Origin: Haplodiscus bocki
Taxonomy: Eukaryota
Length of the DNA: 64,000 nucleotides
Reading direction: 5' to 3'
NCBI GenBank assembly: GCA_965655095.1
Contig: OZ296648.1
Span: 40,176,001-40,240,000 of the forward strand
A model generated the notes under the pieces. That model did not search any database. It was not told where the DNA came from and saw only the letters and a program-made list of their open reading frames with translations. This document shows, piece after piece, positions 35,006 to 49,200 of this stretch. Within the stretch, counting starts at the first letter, position 1. Each line of letters opens with the position of its first letter. The position numbers and the translations under genes are program-made.

Positions 35006-36186
35006 TTTAGTTTTTTGAATCTCAATTTGAGAACATAATTTTGAACACCGAAAGTGAAGGCGATCATTATTGGGAGGAAAACTCTCAAATGGTCAGACCG
35101 TTAGATTCATACGTCGTTTGCAAAGTTTCACACGTGACGATATCGGTATAAAATACAAAGAAAAACTGGGCACGAAAACTCGATCAAAAGCTCTAACAGA
35201 TTAGGAGCGCTTTTGCAAAGGGATTCCTATCTTACAAAAAAACTGATTGGACGTCCAGAAAAACTCAAAAAAGAGGACCAAAAAATTATTATACGGAGCA
35301 TCTAAAAGGATGCAAAAACACAACATATCAACCTCATGATCAGAAAGCAATGGTGCTTATCAATGTCAAAAAAACCGCCAGGTTCCTGTCTAGACTTGCA
35401 CAGGAAAGACATAGGCATCACGGATGCTAGGCGTGAATCGCAGTATTACAAAATGGAACAAAAATTGAAAGTTGGCGAATCCAAAAATGCAGACTACTCA
35501 AAGCGTCGAAAAATTCGGAGGGCATTGACGAAGTTTAGACGCTTACATATTTTTGCAACTTTAGGACGCTTTGGGGATAAACAAATTTTGGGGACGCTAA
35601 GGATATTAATCATTTTGAGTAAGCGGAAAAGCGGGGCCAACAAAAGTGTCAAATTTCTGATAAAACTTCTATTAATTACTGCCTGTACTTGAAACTGAAA
35701 GAGTACCGCGTTTATTTGAATATAAGTCGTACTCTAGCTAGCATAAACCGCTCGTTTATGAGCCTTAGCGTTTTTCCCTTCTGCTATGGAAAAAACACAA
35801 TCCTCAAATTTCATTTATTACACAGCTAACCGTCATCTAATAAACAGGGAACAGCTTCCGGATGCATTCTATGACTGTATGTTTTGTACAATGTGTCGAC
35901 AGTTTAGGAATCAATAAATATTCGACACGATTAACGGCCAATATTTTGAAAGAGCGGAAAATTAACAAGACAAACTTCACAATAATGAATCAATTACTTG
36001 TGCCTGATCCATGTAGTTGGACTCGTAGAATAAATAGTGACGTTCACTCTAACTTGGGGAAGCGGGGGACTGAAAATGGAAAGTAAATAATAAACAGCGG
36101 CCATTCTCGTCCACTTTATTCATCAGCCTCGCCCAACCACGAAAACGTTTGCGAAGTTCGGAAAAAAATAGAAAAAGTAAAAACTA

Positions 36187-36213
36187 TAGGCATTAAGTCT
36201 CACTTAATGCCTA
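36187..36213. other. Perfect 12-bp-stem, 3-nt-loop palindrome
   Basis: taggcattaagt-ctc-acttaatgccta. Confidence 0.8.
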
Positions 36214-36329
36214 AACACCTTGGCTTTAAGGATAAAAATTTTGTTACTATCACTTCTTTTTTTTTCGGTCGAAAAACCGTTGAATCGTTTTTGAAAATTG
36301 CCCAAATGGTCCGAAAGTTTGTTGGATCT

Positions 36330-37294
36330 ATTTATTACGATATTTGCTGCCTGCAAAAGTCATTGCGCTAGAAATCTTTGGCACTTTCCCTAGCAAAAAA
36401 CTAATGTAAAGGGGTGCCACGATGCCGAATTTTTCGTCAAGTTTTTTCCGAGTGGTTATTCGAAACCATTTTGCAGGATGGACAATAAGATCCTGGGAAA
36501 ACGTGGTCTCCGCTGACGAAATCCGAGAGCCTTTGAATAATGACATTGAACGGGTGTTTAGAAAAAAGGACCATTCCCACATGGCCTGGTTCAGCGCAGC
36601 AACCAATTGTATAACGAAAAAAAGCCGAGCAAAGCTCTAAGTTGACACCACTACTGTCGTGTTATGTTAAATTTAGAACTTTCAATTGTCGTCTATTTCG
36701 ATGATATTCAAAAAGAAAAAAACAGAGGCCAAGCGCAACCTCGTAACACTTTAAGTGTTCAGTTGAGATCAGGGATCCCGAAAGACAATTTAAAACCATG
36801 ATCGGGAAACTATTTGACACTTTGAAAACAAAAAACGAAGGTCCGCTTCGCAACATTTGCAACAAACGACTAGTTAAATTCATTTATATTTAACAAGAAA
36901 TTGTCATTTCTCGAGCAAAAACAGCTCAGGAACTTTGTTAGTTGTGAGCAGAAGAGTCCACCAACGCCTGTGATATAACACCTGATTGTGCAAGCATAAC
37001 ACAGAGGGGAAGCGGTGCTCTGCAAAATTATCAACCCCGACAAGAAGACAGGAAAGCTTGAACTTTTGAAAATATGGCGAACAAATCGATACAATCTCAG
37101 AAAAATTGAAGGAGACAAAAAGTCAAGCAGATTCAGCTGAAAAAGCGATTACTAAAATCATCAGAAATTCCAATAACAGAGACTTTCTCTGAATACCATG
37201 AAATCGAAAAATAAACGAAGTTGAAGTTCTGGCAAAATGACAGACAAATCACTAGAGAAAGGCAGAGAAAAAGTTTTCGCTACAGCCGAACAAC
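36330..37294 (+). mobile_element. Decayed Ty3/Gypsy pol fragment (RT thumb to RNase H) directly upstream of the array
   Basis: Collinear remnants: HFAGWTIRS (~36467, cf. xFLGRTIS), FRK…HMA (~36557-36586), MIFKKKKTEAKRN (36701-36739), GSRK (~36773), NACD (~36963) and KFWQ (~37225). Not similar at nucleotide level to the matching part of the array unit. Confidence 0.45.
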
Positions 37295-40200
37295 TTAGCT
37301 TCAACAAATGGCACGTAAATGAATTAGTGAAAAACAGTAGGGCACCCAGGCTATTTATGGAAAAAAGGACCCAATTTTTCCACCGAACACAGTTTCAGTT
37401 TGAAAAAAAAACGATGATGGTAACTGAGCAGCGGAGAGTATTCAAAATATGTCGCAAAAGTGTGTATTCTACCAAAAACAAGTTTTTCGGACATTTTGGC
37501 CACAAAACACTGCATGATAAATGGTACGAATCGCCGAAAACGGAAATCAGAGCCCTGAAACGATTAAACGATCTCAGGAACAATTCCGTAATAAGTCACA
37601 ATTGTGAACCATAGACAACGCGTGTGGACGAAAAAGATTTTTGGTAGGTACTTTCTTTTCCTTGTGTGCAGATTGAATCTCTACGACATTCGGCAGCAAA
37701 ATGGTATAACCTGAAAACACACAATTGACCTATCAAGTTTCCGAGTATCAGACCCCTTGACTGGTAGTTGTCTCAGTTTTTTTGGAACGCACTTTTGATT
37801 GACAGCAGGTGGACTATCAAGTCTGGCAAACGCGCTGTCTCACAAACAAAACCTCCATGTCAATCATGATTTTGTTTTCCACATTACACCATTTTAATCC
37901 ATAAAGAATAGGAAATTTGCCAAAAAAACGCAGAATTGAAAAAGCACCCTGTTTACCCTAGAAGACTAGGCTTTCGTAACTTCCAAAACTTGAATAAGCT
38001 TTAGGTGCGCAAGGCATTAGGCGTCAAGAAAAAATTGGGAAAAGACTTTAGAACTGGAGGCGAAAACATTTCCACACAAGATCGGTGTAAGTTCTTACTA
38101 GACTTATGATAATTTACACAAAACGTTCAACGAACGTTTGATATCGTTAAACTATGGAACTGAACAAGGTTCTCTTTGAAATTGACAATCCGATATCAGT
38201 TGAACAATACTATGGAATAAGATACGTTAACTCCGAAAAGGCTATGAGTTATATCCATTTATACACTAATAGACTTTTGATAAAGCACCATACACTAATA
38301 GACTTTTGATAAAGCACCAAATGCAAAAAACTAAAAGAGGAATTAACGAGCCAAACACTTTGAATCTCGAAGAACTTCGGCTCCAAATTGTTGGTCATTT
38401 AACTTTTGGAATTGAAAATTCTCCAAAAAATGTCCAGTTAAAAGAATTGATACCTGAAAATCTTCGCTTTGAGCCGTGCAGGAAAAGAATTAAATAGGTG
38501 GTTTGAGAGTAAAGAAAACCAAAATTGAAAAAATTGATGGTCTCACGTAGGTGTAGCATTATTCGATCCATATTTTTTTACATCAGAGGACAATACCCGG
38601 AGGAATTCATGGAATTAAAAAATTAATCTACACGTAGAACGTTGTGGATTAGGATGCAAATGAAAACAATTGAGCGGGTAGTGTGACAGAAAAAGCAATT
38701 GCAAGAGGGACTAAACCAGAAATCATATTCATGTGTGAAGGAAGAGCGCGTTCCTTCGATTTTCGACTCTCAATCAGAAATAATTCTACGCGGAAAGTCG
38801 AAGTATAAAATCAATCACAATCAAATTTCGTTGACCAAGACACTGTAAGAAAACTAACTGTCGAAATTCTTTAAGAATGGAAGTTTTCTCCGTTGATTTA
38901 GGTGTTTGAAACCGAAACTGAACAAACCAACTAAACTGATTGTCAACTATCGTCTTTCAGAAATTTAACCTAATAACTCATTTTCTCAATTACTGTACAG
39001 GAAACGTAAAAACTCAGTTGCTCCAACAAATGCCCACCAATCCCGTAGAATTGTTGGGTTAAAAATTTATTCAAACTCAATTTATCGAAGAACGGGAACC
39101 AGCAACAAGAAGTCGGGGACCACCGAAATTGGTGAATGGCAATGCAAACAAAAACTTAGTTTCAACAAATGTCAAGTAAATGAATTAGTAGAAAATAGTA
39201 TGTAACCAAACGGTTTTCTTCGAGAAAGAACGCCGGAGTGAAAGCGCAAAAAGTAACTTTCATTTTCCAGTCACGAGCTCGGTTACAACCAGGGAACGGT
39301 AAGGATCATGACAATCTTGCTAATTACCAGAAAGTCTACGTTACCCGTATTTTGCAATACGCAATAGACGCTCCTATTGTGCTTTCTAGCCACTCATATG
39401 CAGACTATTGAAAAAGGATGCAACTTGAAAAATCGAAATCAGAAGTACTAGTCAAGTTAAATCGGGAAAAACTAAAGTAGTGAGCATATGTTCCTTTAGA
39501 AGTGTAAAACAGTTATTGGACAAAATAATATCAGACTGCGTAGATGAACATTTTTGATGGTGAGTTGATTATTTGAACGTCTCACCAGAAAAGTACTTGA
39601 CGTCTTTTCTACAGAAAAAAGCAACTTAATCACCGACACAGCCAAAGCGCTGTGAATCAGTACAGTTGTTGACTCTGAATTGTTCCAATGCGGTCAGTTG
39701 ATAAATGCAATGGATTGATTCAATCCAAAAGAATCACTCAGGTTAGAGAAGCAGGTTAGAAAAAAGCCTCTGAGAAAAACTCGAAAAACAAGTTACAAGT
39801 AAGGCTATTTCTGGCATTAAGGACCCAATTTTTCCACCGAAAACAGTTTTAGATTGAAAAAAATGATGATGGTAACTGAGCAGCGGAGAGTATTCAAAAG
39901 ATGTCGCAAAAACGTGTATTATTCCAAAAACAAGTTTTTTGCACATTTTGGTCACAAAACACTGCATGCTAAATCGTACGAATCGACGAAAACGGAAATC
40001 AGAGCCCCGAAACGATTAAACGATCTCAGGAACAATTTCGTATTAAGTCACAATTGTGAACCATAGACAACGCGTGTGGACGAAAAAGATTTTTGGTAGG
40101 TACCTTCTTTTCCTTGTGTACAGATTGAATCTCTACGACATTCGGCAGCAAAATGGTATAACCTGAAAACACACAATTGACCTATCAACTTTCCGAGTAT

Positions 40201-43200
40201 GAGACCCCTTGACTGGTAGTTGTCTCAGTTTTTTTGGAACGCACTTTTGATTGACAGCAGGTGGACTATCAAGTCTGGCAAACGCGCTGTCTCACAAACA
40301 AAACCTCCATGTCAATCATCATTTTTTTCACATTACACCATTTTAATCCATAAAGAATAGGAAATTTGCCAAAAAAAAGCAGAATTGAAAAAGTACCCTG
40401 TTTACCCTAGAAGACTAGGCTTTCGTAACTTCCAAAACTTGAATATGCTTTAGGTGCGCAAGGCATTAGGCGTCAAGAAAAAATTGGGAAAAGAATTTAG
40501 AACTGGGGGCGAAAACATTTCCACACAAGATCGGTGTAAGTTCTTACTAGACTTATGATGATTTACACAAAACGTTCAACGAACGTTTGATATCGTTAAA
40601 CTATGGAACTGAACAAGGTTCTCTTTAAAATTGACAATCCGATATCAGTTGAACAATACTGTGGAATAAAATACGTTAGCTTCGAAATGGCTATGAGTTA
40701 TATCCATTTACACACTAATAGACTTTTGCTTAAGCACCAAATTCAAAAAAAGGAGAATTAACGAGCCAAACACTTTGAATATCGAAGAACTTCAGCTCCT
40801 AATTGTTGGTCATTTAATTTTTGGAATCGAGAACTTTCCAAAAATGTCCAGTTAAAAGAATTGATACCTGGAAATCTTCGCTTTGAGCCGTGCAGGAAAA
40901 CAATTAAACAGATGGTTTGAGAGTGAAAAAAACCAAAATTGAAAAAATTGATGGTCACACGTAGGTGTAGCATTATTCGATCCATATTTTTTTACGTCAG
41001 AGGACAAAACCCGGAGAAATTCATGGTATTAAAAAATGAATTTACGCTCAGAACGTTGTGGATTAGGATGCAAATGAAAACAATTGAGCGGGTAGTGCGA
41101 CAGAAAAAAGCAATTGCAAGAGGGACTAAACCAGAAAATCATATTCATGTGTGAAGGAAGAGCGCGTTCCTTCAATTTTCGACTCTCAATCAGAAATAAT
41201 TCCGAGCCGAAAATCGAAGTATAAAATCAATCACAATCAAATTTCCTTGAACAAGACACTGTCAGAAAACTAAATGTCGAATTTCTTTGACAATGTAAAG
41301 TTTTCTCCGTTGATTTAGGTGTTTGAAACCGAAACTGAACAAACCAACTAAACTGATTGTCAACTATCGTCTTTCAGAAATTTAACCTAATAACTCATTT
41401 TCTCAAATACTGTACAGGAAACGTAAAAACTCAGTTGCTCCAACAAATGCCCACCAATCCCGTAGAATTGTTGGGTTAAAAATTTATTCAAACTCAATTT
41501 ATCGAAGAACGGGAACCAGCAACAAGAAGTCGGGGACCACCGAAATTGGTGAATGGCAATGCAAACAAAAACTTAGTTTCAACAAATGTCAAGTAAATGA
41601 ATTAGTAGAAAATAGTATGTAACCAAACGGTTTTCTTCGAGAAAGAACGCCGGAGTGAAAGCGCAAAAAGTAACTTTCATTTTCCAGTCACGAGCTCGGT
41701 TACAACCAGGGAACGGTAAGGATCATGACACTCTTGCTAATTACCAGAAAGTCTACGTTGCCCGTATTTTGCAATACGCAATAGACGCTCCTATTGTGCT
41801 TTCTAGCCACTCATATGCAGACTATTGAAAAAGGATGCAACTTGAAAAATCGAAATCAGAAGTACTAGTCAAGTTAAATCGGGAAAAACTAAAGTAGTGA
41901 GCATATGTTCCTTTAGAAGTGTAAAACAGTTATTGGACAAAATAATATCAGACTGCGTAGATGAACATTTTTGATGGTGAGTTGATTATTTGAACGTCTC
42001 ACCAGAAAAGTACTTGACGTCTTTTCTACAGAAAAAAGCAACTTAATCATCGACACAGCCTAAGAGCTGTGAATCAGTCCAGTTGTTGACTCTGAATTGT
42101 TCCAATGCGGTCAGTTGATAAATGCAATGGATTGATTCAATCCAAAAGAATCACTCAGGTTAGAGAAGCAGGTTAGAAAAAAGCCTCTGAGAAAAACTCG
42201 AAAAACAAGTTACAAGTAAGGCTATTTCTGGCATTAAGGACCCAATTTTTCCACCGAAAACAGTTTTAGATTGAAAAAAATGATGATGGTAACTGAGCAG
42301 CGGAGAGTATTCAAAAGATGTCGCAAAAACGTGTATTATTCCAAAAACAAGTTTTTTGCACATTTTGGTCACAAAACACTGCATGCTAAATGGTACGAAT
42401 CGACGAAAACGGAAATCAGAGCCCCGAAACGATTAAACGATCTCAGGAACAATTTCGTATTAAGTCACAATTGTGAACCATAGACAACGCGTGTGGACGA
42501 AAAAGATTTTTGGTAGGTACCTTCTTTTCCTTGTGTACAGATTGAATCTCTACGACATTCGGCAGCAAAATGGTATAACCTGAAAACACACAATTGACCT
42601 ATCAACTTTCCGAGTATGAGACCCCTTGACTGGTAGTTGTATCAGTTTTTTTGGAACGCACTTTTGATTGACAGCAGGTGGACTATCAAGTCTGGCAAAC
42701 GCGCTGTCTCACAAACAAAACCTCCATGTCAATCATCATTTTTTTCACATTACACCATTTTAATCCATAAAGAATAGGAAATTTGCCAAAAAAAGCAGAA
42801 TTGAAAAAGTACCCTGTTTACCCTAGAAGACTAGGCTTTCGTAACTTCCAAAACTTGAATATGCTTTAGGTGCGCAAGGCATTAGGCGTCAAGAAAAAAT
42901 TGGGAAAAGAATTTAGAACTGGAGGCGAAAACATTTCCACACAAGATCGGTGTAAGTTCTTACTAGACTTATGATTTACACAAAACGTTCAACGAACGTT
43001 TGATATCGTTAAACTATGGAACTGAACAAGGTTCTCTTTGAAATTGAGAATCCGATATCAGTTGAACAATACTATGGAATAAGATACGTTAACTTCGAAA
43101 AGGGTATGAGTTATATCCATTTATACACTAATAGACTTTTGATAAAGCACCATACACTAATAGACTTTTGATAAAGCACCAAATGCAAAACACTAAAAGA

Positions 43201-46200
43201 GGAATTAACGAGCCAAACACTTTGAATCTCGAAGAACTTCGGCTCCAAATTGTTGGTCATTTAACTTTTGGAATTGAAAATTCTCCAAAAAATGTCCAGT
43301 TAAAAGAATTGATACCTGAAAATCTTCTCTTTGAGCCGTGCAGGAAAAGAATTAAATAGGTGGTTTGAGAGTAAAGAAAACCAAAATTGAAAAAATTGAT
43401 GGTCTCACGTAGGTGTAGCATTATTCGATCCATAATTTTTTTACATCAGAGGACAAAACCCGAAGGAATTCGTGGAATTAAAAAAAGAATTTACGCTCAG
43501 AACGTTGTGGATTAGGATACAAAAGAAAACAATTGAGCGGGTAGTGTGACAGAAAAAGCAATTGCAAGAGGGACTAAACCAGAAATAACATTCATGTGTG
43601 AAGGAAGAGTGCTTTCCTTCAATTTTTGACTCTCAACCAGAAATAATTCTACGCCGAAAGTCGAAGTATAAAATCAATCGCAAGCAAATTTCGTTGACCA
43701 AGACACTGTAAGAAAACTAATTGTCGAAATTCTTTGACAATGTAAGTTTTCTCCGTTGATTTAGGTGTTTGAAACCGAAACTGAACAAAACCAACTAAAC
43801 TGATTGTCAACTTTCGTCTTTCAGAAATTTAATCTAATAACTCAATTTCTCAAATACTGTACAGGAAACGTAAAAATACAGTTGCTCCAACAAATGCCCA
43901 CCAAATCCCGCTGAATTGTTGGGTTAAACATTTATTCAAACTCAATTTATCGGAAGAACGGGAACCATCAACAAGAAGTCGAGGACCACCGAAAATGGGG
44001 AATGGTAATGAAAACAAAAATTTAGCTTCAACAAACGGCAAGTAAATGAATTAGTAGAAAAAGTATGTAACCCAGTGGTTTTCTTCGAGAAAGAACGCCG
44101 GAGTGAAAGCGCAAAAAGTAACTTTCATTTTCCAGTCACGAGCTCGGTTACAACCAGGGAACGGTAAGGATCATGACAATCTTGCTAATTACCAGAAAGT
44201 CTACGTTGCCCGTATTTTGCAATACGCAATAGACGCTCCTATTGTGCTTTCTAGCCACTCATATGCAGACTATTGAAAAAGGATGCAACTTGAAAATTCG
44301 AAATCAGAAGTACTAGTCAAGTTAAATCGGGAAAAACTAAAGTAGTGAGCATATGTTCCTTTAGAAGTGTAAAACAGTTATTGGACAAAATAATATCAGA
44401 CTGCGTAGATGAACATTTTTGATGGTGAGTTGATTATTTGAACGTCTCACCAGAAAAGTACTTGACGTCTTTTCTACAGAAAAAAGCAACTTAATCACCG
44501 ACAAAGCCAAAGAGCTGTGAATCAGTACAGTTGTTGACTCTGAATTGTTCCAATGCGGTCAGTTGATAAATGCAATGGATTGATTCAATCCAAAAGAATC
44601 ACTCAGGTTAGAGAAGCAGGTTAGAAAAAAGCCTCTGAGAAAAACTCGAAAAACAAGTTACACGTAAGGCTATTTCTGGCATTAAGGACCCAATTTTTCC
44701 ACCGAAAACAGTTTTAGATTGAAAAAAATGATGATGGTAACTGAGCAGCGGAGAGTATTCAAAAGATGTCGCAAAAACGTGTATTATTCCAAAAACAAGT
44801 TTTTTGCACATTTTGGTCACAAAACACTGCATGCTAAATCGTACGAATCGACGAAAACGGAAATCAGAGCCCCGAAACGATTAAACGATCTCAGGAACAA
44901 TTTCGTATTAAGTCACAATTGTGAACCATAGACAACGCGTGTGGACGAAAAAGATTTTTGGTAGGTACCTTCTTTTCCTTGTGTACAGATTGAATCTCTA
45001 CGACATTCGGCAGCAAAATGGTATAACCTGAAAACACACAATTGACCTATCAACTTTCCGAGTATGAGACCCCTTGACTGGTAGTTGTCTCAGTTTTTTT
45101 TGGAACGCACTTTTGATTGACAGCAGGTGGACTATCAAGTCTGGCAAACGCGCTGTCTCACAAACAAAACCTCCATGTCAATCATGATTTTGTTTTCCAC
45201 ATTACACCATTTTAATCCATAAAGAATAGGAAATTTGCCAAAAAAACGCAGAATTGAAAAAGCACCCTGTTTACCCTAGAAGACTAGGCTTTCGTAACTT
45301 CCAAAACTTGAATATGCTTTAGGTGCGCAAGGCATTAGGCGTCAAGAAAAAATTGGGAAAAGAATTTAGAACTGGGGGCGAAAACATTTCCACACAAGAT
45401 CGGTGTAAGTTATTACTAGACTTATGATGATTTACACAAAACGTTCAACGAACGTTTGATATCGTTAAACTATGGAACTGAACAAGGTTCTCTTTGAAAT
45501 TGACAATCCGATATCAGTTGAACAATACTATGGAATAAGATACGTTAACTTCGAAAAGGGTATGAGTTATATCCATTTATACACTAATAGACTTTTGATA
45601 AAGCACCATACACTAATAGACTTTTGATAAAGCACCAAATGCAAAAAACTAAAAGAGGAATTAACGAGCCAAACACTTTGAATCTCGAAGAACTTCGGCT
45701 CCAAATTGTTGGTCATTTAACTTTTGGAATTGAAAATTGTCCAAAAAATGTCCAGTTAAAAGAATTGATACCTGAAAATCTTCTCTTTGAGCCGTGCAGG
45801 AAAAGAATTAAATAGGTGGTTTGAGAGTAAAGAAAACCAAAATTGAAAAAATTGATGGTCTCACGTAGGTGTAGCATTATTCGATCCATAATTTTTTTAC
45901 ATCAGAGGACAAAACCCGAAGGAATTCATGGAATTAAAAAAAGAATTTACGCTCAGAACGTTGTGGATTAGGATGCAAAAGAAAACAATTGAGCGGGTAG
46001 TGTGACAGAAAAAGCAATTGCAAGAGGGACTAAACCAGAAATAACATTCATGTGTGAAGGAAGAGTGCTTTCCTTCAATTTTTGACTCTCAACCAGAAAT
46101 AATTCTACGCCGAAAGTCGAAGTATAAAATCAATCGCAAGCAAATTTCGTTGACCAAGACACTGTAAGAAAACTAATTGTCGAAATTCTTTGACAATGTA

Positions 46201-49200
46201 AGTTTTCTCCGTTGATTTAGGTGTTTGAAACCGAAACTGAACAAAACCAACTAAACTGATTGTCAACTTTCGTCTTTCAGAAATTTAATCTAATAACTCA
46301 ATTTCTCAAATACTGTACAGGAAACGTAAAAATACAGTTGCTCCAACAAATGCCCACCAAATCCCGCTGAATTGTTGGGTTAAACATTTATTCAAACTCA
46401 ATTTATCGGAAGAACGGGAACCATCAACAAGAAGTCGAGGACCACCGAAAATGGGGAATGGCAATGAAAACAAAAATTTAGCTTCAACAAATGGCAAGTA
46501 AATGAATAAGTAGAAAAAGTATGTAACCCAGTGGTTTTCTTCGAGAAAGAACGCCGGAGTGAAAGCGCAAGAAAGTAACTTTCATTTTACAGTCAAAAGT
46601 TCGGTTACGACCAGGGAACGGTAAGGATCATGACAATCTTGCTAAATACCAGAAAGAATACGTTGCCCGTATTTTGCAATACGCAATAGACGCTCCTAGT
46701 TTGCTTTCTAGTCACTCATATGAAGACGATTGAAAAATGATGCAACTTGAAAATTCGATATCAGAAGTACTAGTCAAGTTAAATCGGGAAAAACTAAAGT
46801 AGTGAGCATATGTCACTTAGAAGTGTAAAACAGTTATTGGACAAAATAATATCAGACTGCGTAGATGAACATTTTTGATGGTGAGTTGAATATTTGAACG
46901 TCTCACCAGAGAAGTATTTGACGTGTTTTCTACAGAAAAAAGAAACTTAATCACCGACAAAGCCTAAGAGCTGTGAATCAGTCCAGTTGTTGACTCTGAA
47001 TTGTTCCAATGCGGTCAGTTGATATATGCAATGGATTGATTCAATCCAAAAGAATCACTCAGAGAAACAGGTTAGAAAAACGCCCCTGAAAAAAAACTCG
47101 AAAAACAAGTTACAAGTAAGGCTATTTCTGGCATTAAGGACCCAATTTTTCCACCGAAAACAGTTTTAGATTGAAAAAAATGATGATGGTAACTGAGCAG
47201 CGGAGAGTATTCAAAAGATGTCGCAAAAACGTGTATTATTCCAAAAACAAGTTTTTTGCACATTTTGGTCACAAAACACTGCATGCTAAATGGTACGAAT
47301 CGACGAAAACGGAAATCAGAGCCCCGAAACGATTAAACGATCTCAGGAACAATTTCGTAATAAGTCACAATTGTGAACCATAGACAACGCTTGTGGACGA
47401 AAAAGATTTTTGGTAGGTACCTTCTTTTCCTTGTGTACAGATTGAATCTCTACGACATTCGGCAGCAAAATGGTATAACCTGAAAACACACAATTGACCT
47501 ATCAACTTTCCGAGTATGAGACCCCTTGACTGGTAGTTGTCTCAGTTTTTTTGGAACGCACTTTTGATTGACAGCAGGTGGACTATCAAGTCTGGCAAAC
47601 GCGCTGTCTCACAAACAAAACCTCCATGTCAATCATCATTTTTTTCACATTACACCATTTTAATCCATAAAGAATAGGAAATTTGCCAAAAAAAGCAGAA
47701 TTGAAAAAGTACCCTGTTTACCCTAGAAGACTAGGCTTTCGTAACTTCCAAAACTTGAATATGCTTTAGGTGCGCAAGGCATTAGGCGTCAAGAAAAAAT
47801 TGGGAAAAGAATTTGGAACTGGAGGCGAAAACATTTCCACACACGATCGGTGTAAGTTCTTACTAGACTTATGATGATTTACACAAAACGTTCAACGAAC
47901 GTTTGATATCGTTAAGCTATGGAACTGAACAAGGTTCTCTTTGAAATTGACAATCCGATATCAGTTGATCAATACTATGGAATAAGATACGTTAACTTCG
48001 AAAAGGGTATGAGTTATATCCATTTATACACTAATAGACTTTTGATAAAGCACTAAATTCGAAAAAACTAAAAGAGGAATTAACGAGTCAAACACTTTGA
48101 ATGTCGAAGAACTTCGGCTCCTTATTGTTTAATTGTTGATCATTTAACTTTTGGAATTGAAAACACTCCAAAAATGTCCAGTTAAAAGAATTGATACCTG
48201 AAAATCTTCTCTTTGAGCCGTGCAGGAAAAGACTTAAATAGGTGGTTTGAGAGTAAAGAAAACAAAAATTGAAAAAATTGATGGTCACACGTAGGTGTAG
48301 CATTATTCGATCCATATTTTTTCACGTAGGAGGACAAAACCTCGAAATTCTTGGAATCAAAAAATTAATCTACACGTAGAAAGTTGTGGATTAGGATGCA
48401 AATGAAAACAATTGAGCGGGTAGTGTGACAGAAAAAGCAATTGCAAGAACGACTAAACCAGAAATCATATTCATGTGTGAAGGAAGAGTACTTTCCTTCA
48501 ATTTTTGACTCTCAATCAGAAATAATTCTACGCCGAAAGTCGAAGTATAAAATCAATCGCAATCAAATTTCGTTGACCAAGCCACTGCAAGAAAACTAAT
48601 TGTCGAAATTCTTTGACAATGTAAGTTTTCTCCGTTGATTTAGGTGTTTGAAACCGAAACTGAACAAAACCAACTAAACTGATTGTCAACTTTCGTCTTT
48701 CAGAAATTTAATCTAATAACTCAATTTCTCAAATACTGTACAGGAAACGTAAAAATACAGTTGCTCCAACAAATGCCCACCAAATCCCGCTGAATTGTTG
48801 GGTTAAACATTTATTCAAACTCAATTTATCGGAAGAACGGGAACCATCAACAAGAAGTCGAGGACCACCGAAATTGGGGAATGGCAATGAAAACAAAAAT
48901 TTAGCTTCAACAAATGGCAAGTAAATGAATAAGTAGAAAAAGTATGTAACCCAGTGGTTTTCTTCGAGAAAGAACGCCGGAGTGAAAGCGCAAGAAAGTA
49001 ACTTTCATTTTACAGTCAAAAGTTCGGTTACGACCAGGGAACGGTAAGGATCATGACAATCTTGCTAAATACCAGAAAGAATACCTTGCCCGTATTTTGC
49101 AATACGCAAAAGACGCTCCTAGTTTGCTTTCTAGTCACTCATATGAAGACGATTGAAAAATGATGCAACTTGAAAATTCGAATTCAGAAGTACTAGTCAA

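Noticed and set aside
34663-35088. 141-aa repetitive ORF, or a telomeric repeat
   Set aside because: It is a product of a 9-bp minisatellite, and the unit is not a clean TTAGGG or TTAGG run.
35060-35130. pogo/Tigger DDE remnant (NSQMVRPLDSYV, cf. QPLD)
   Set aside because: A single weak motif with no supporting collinear motifs or TIRs identified.
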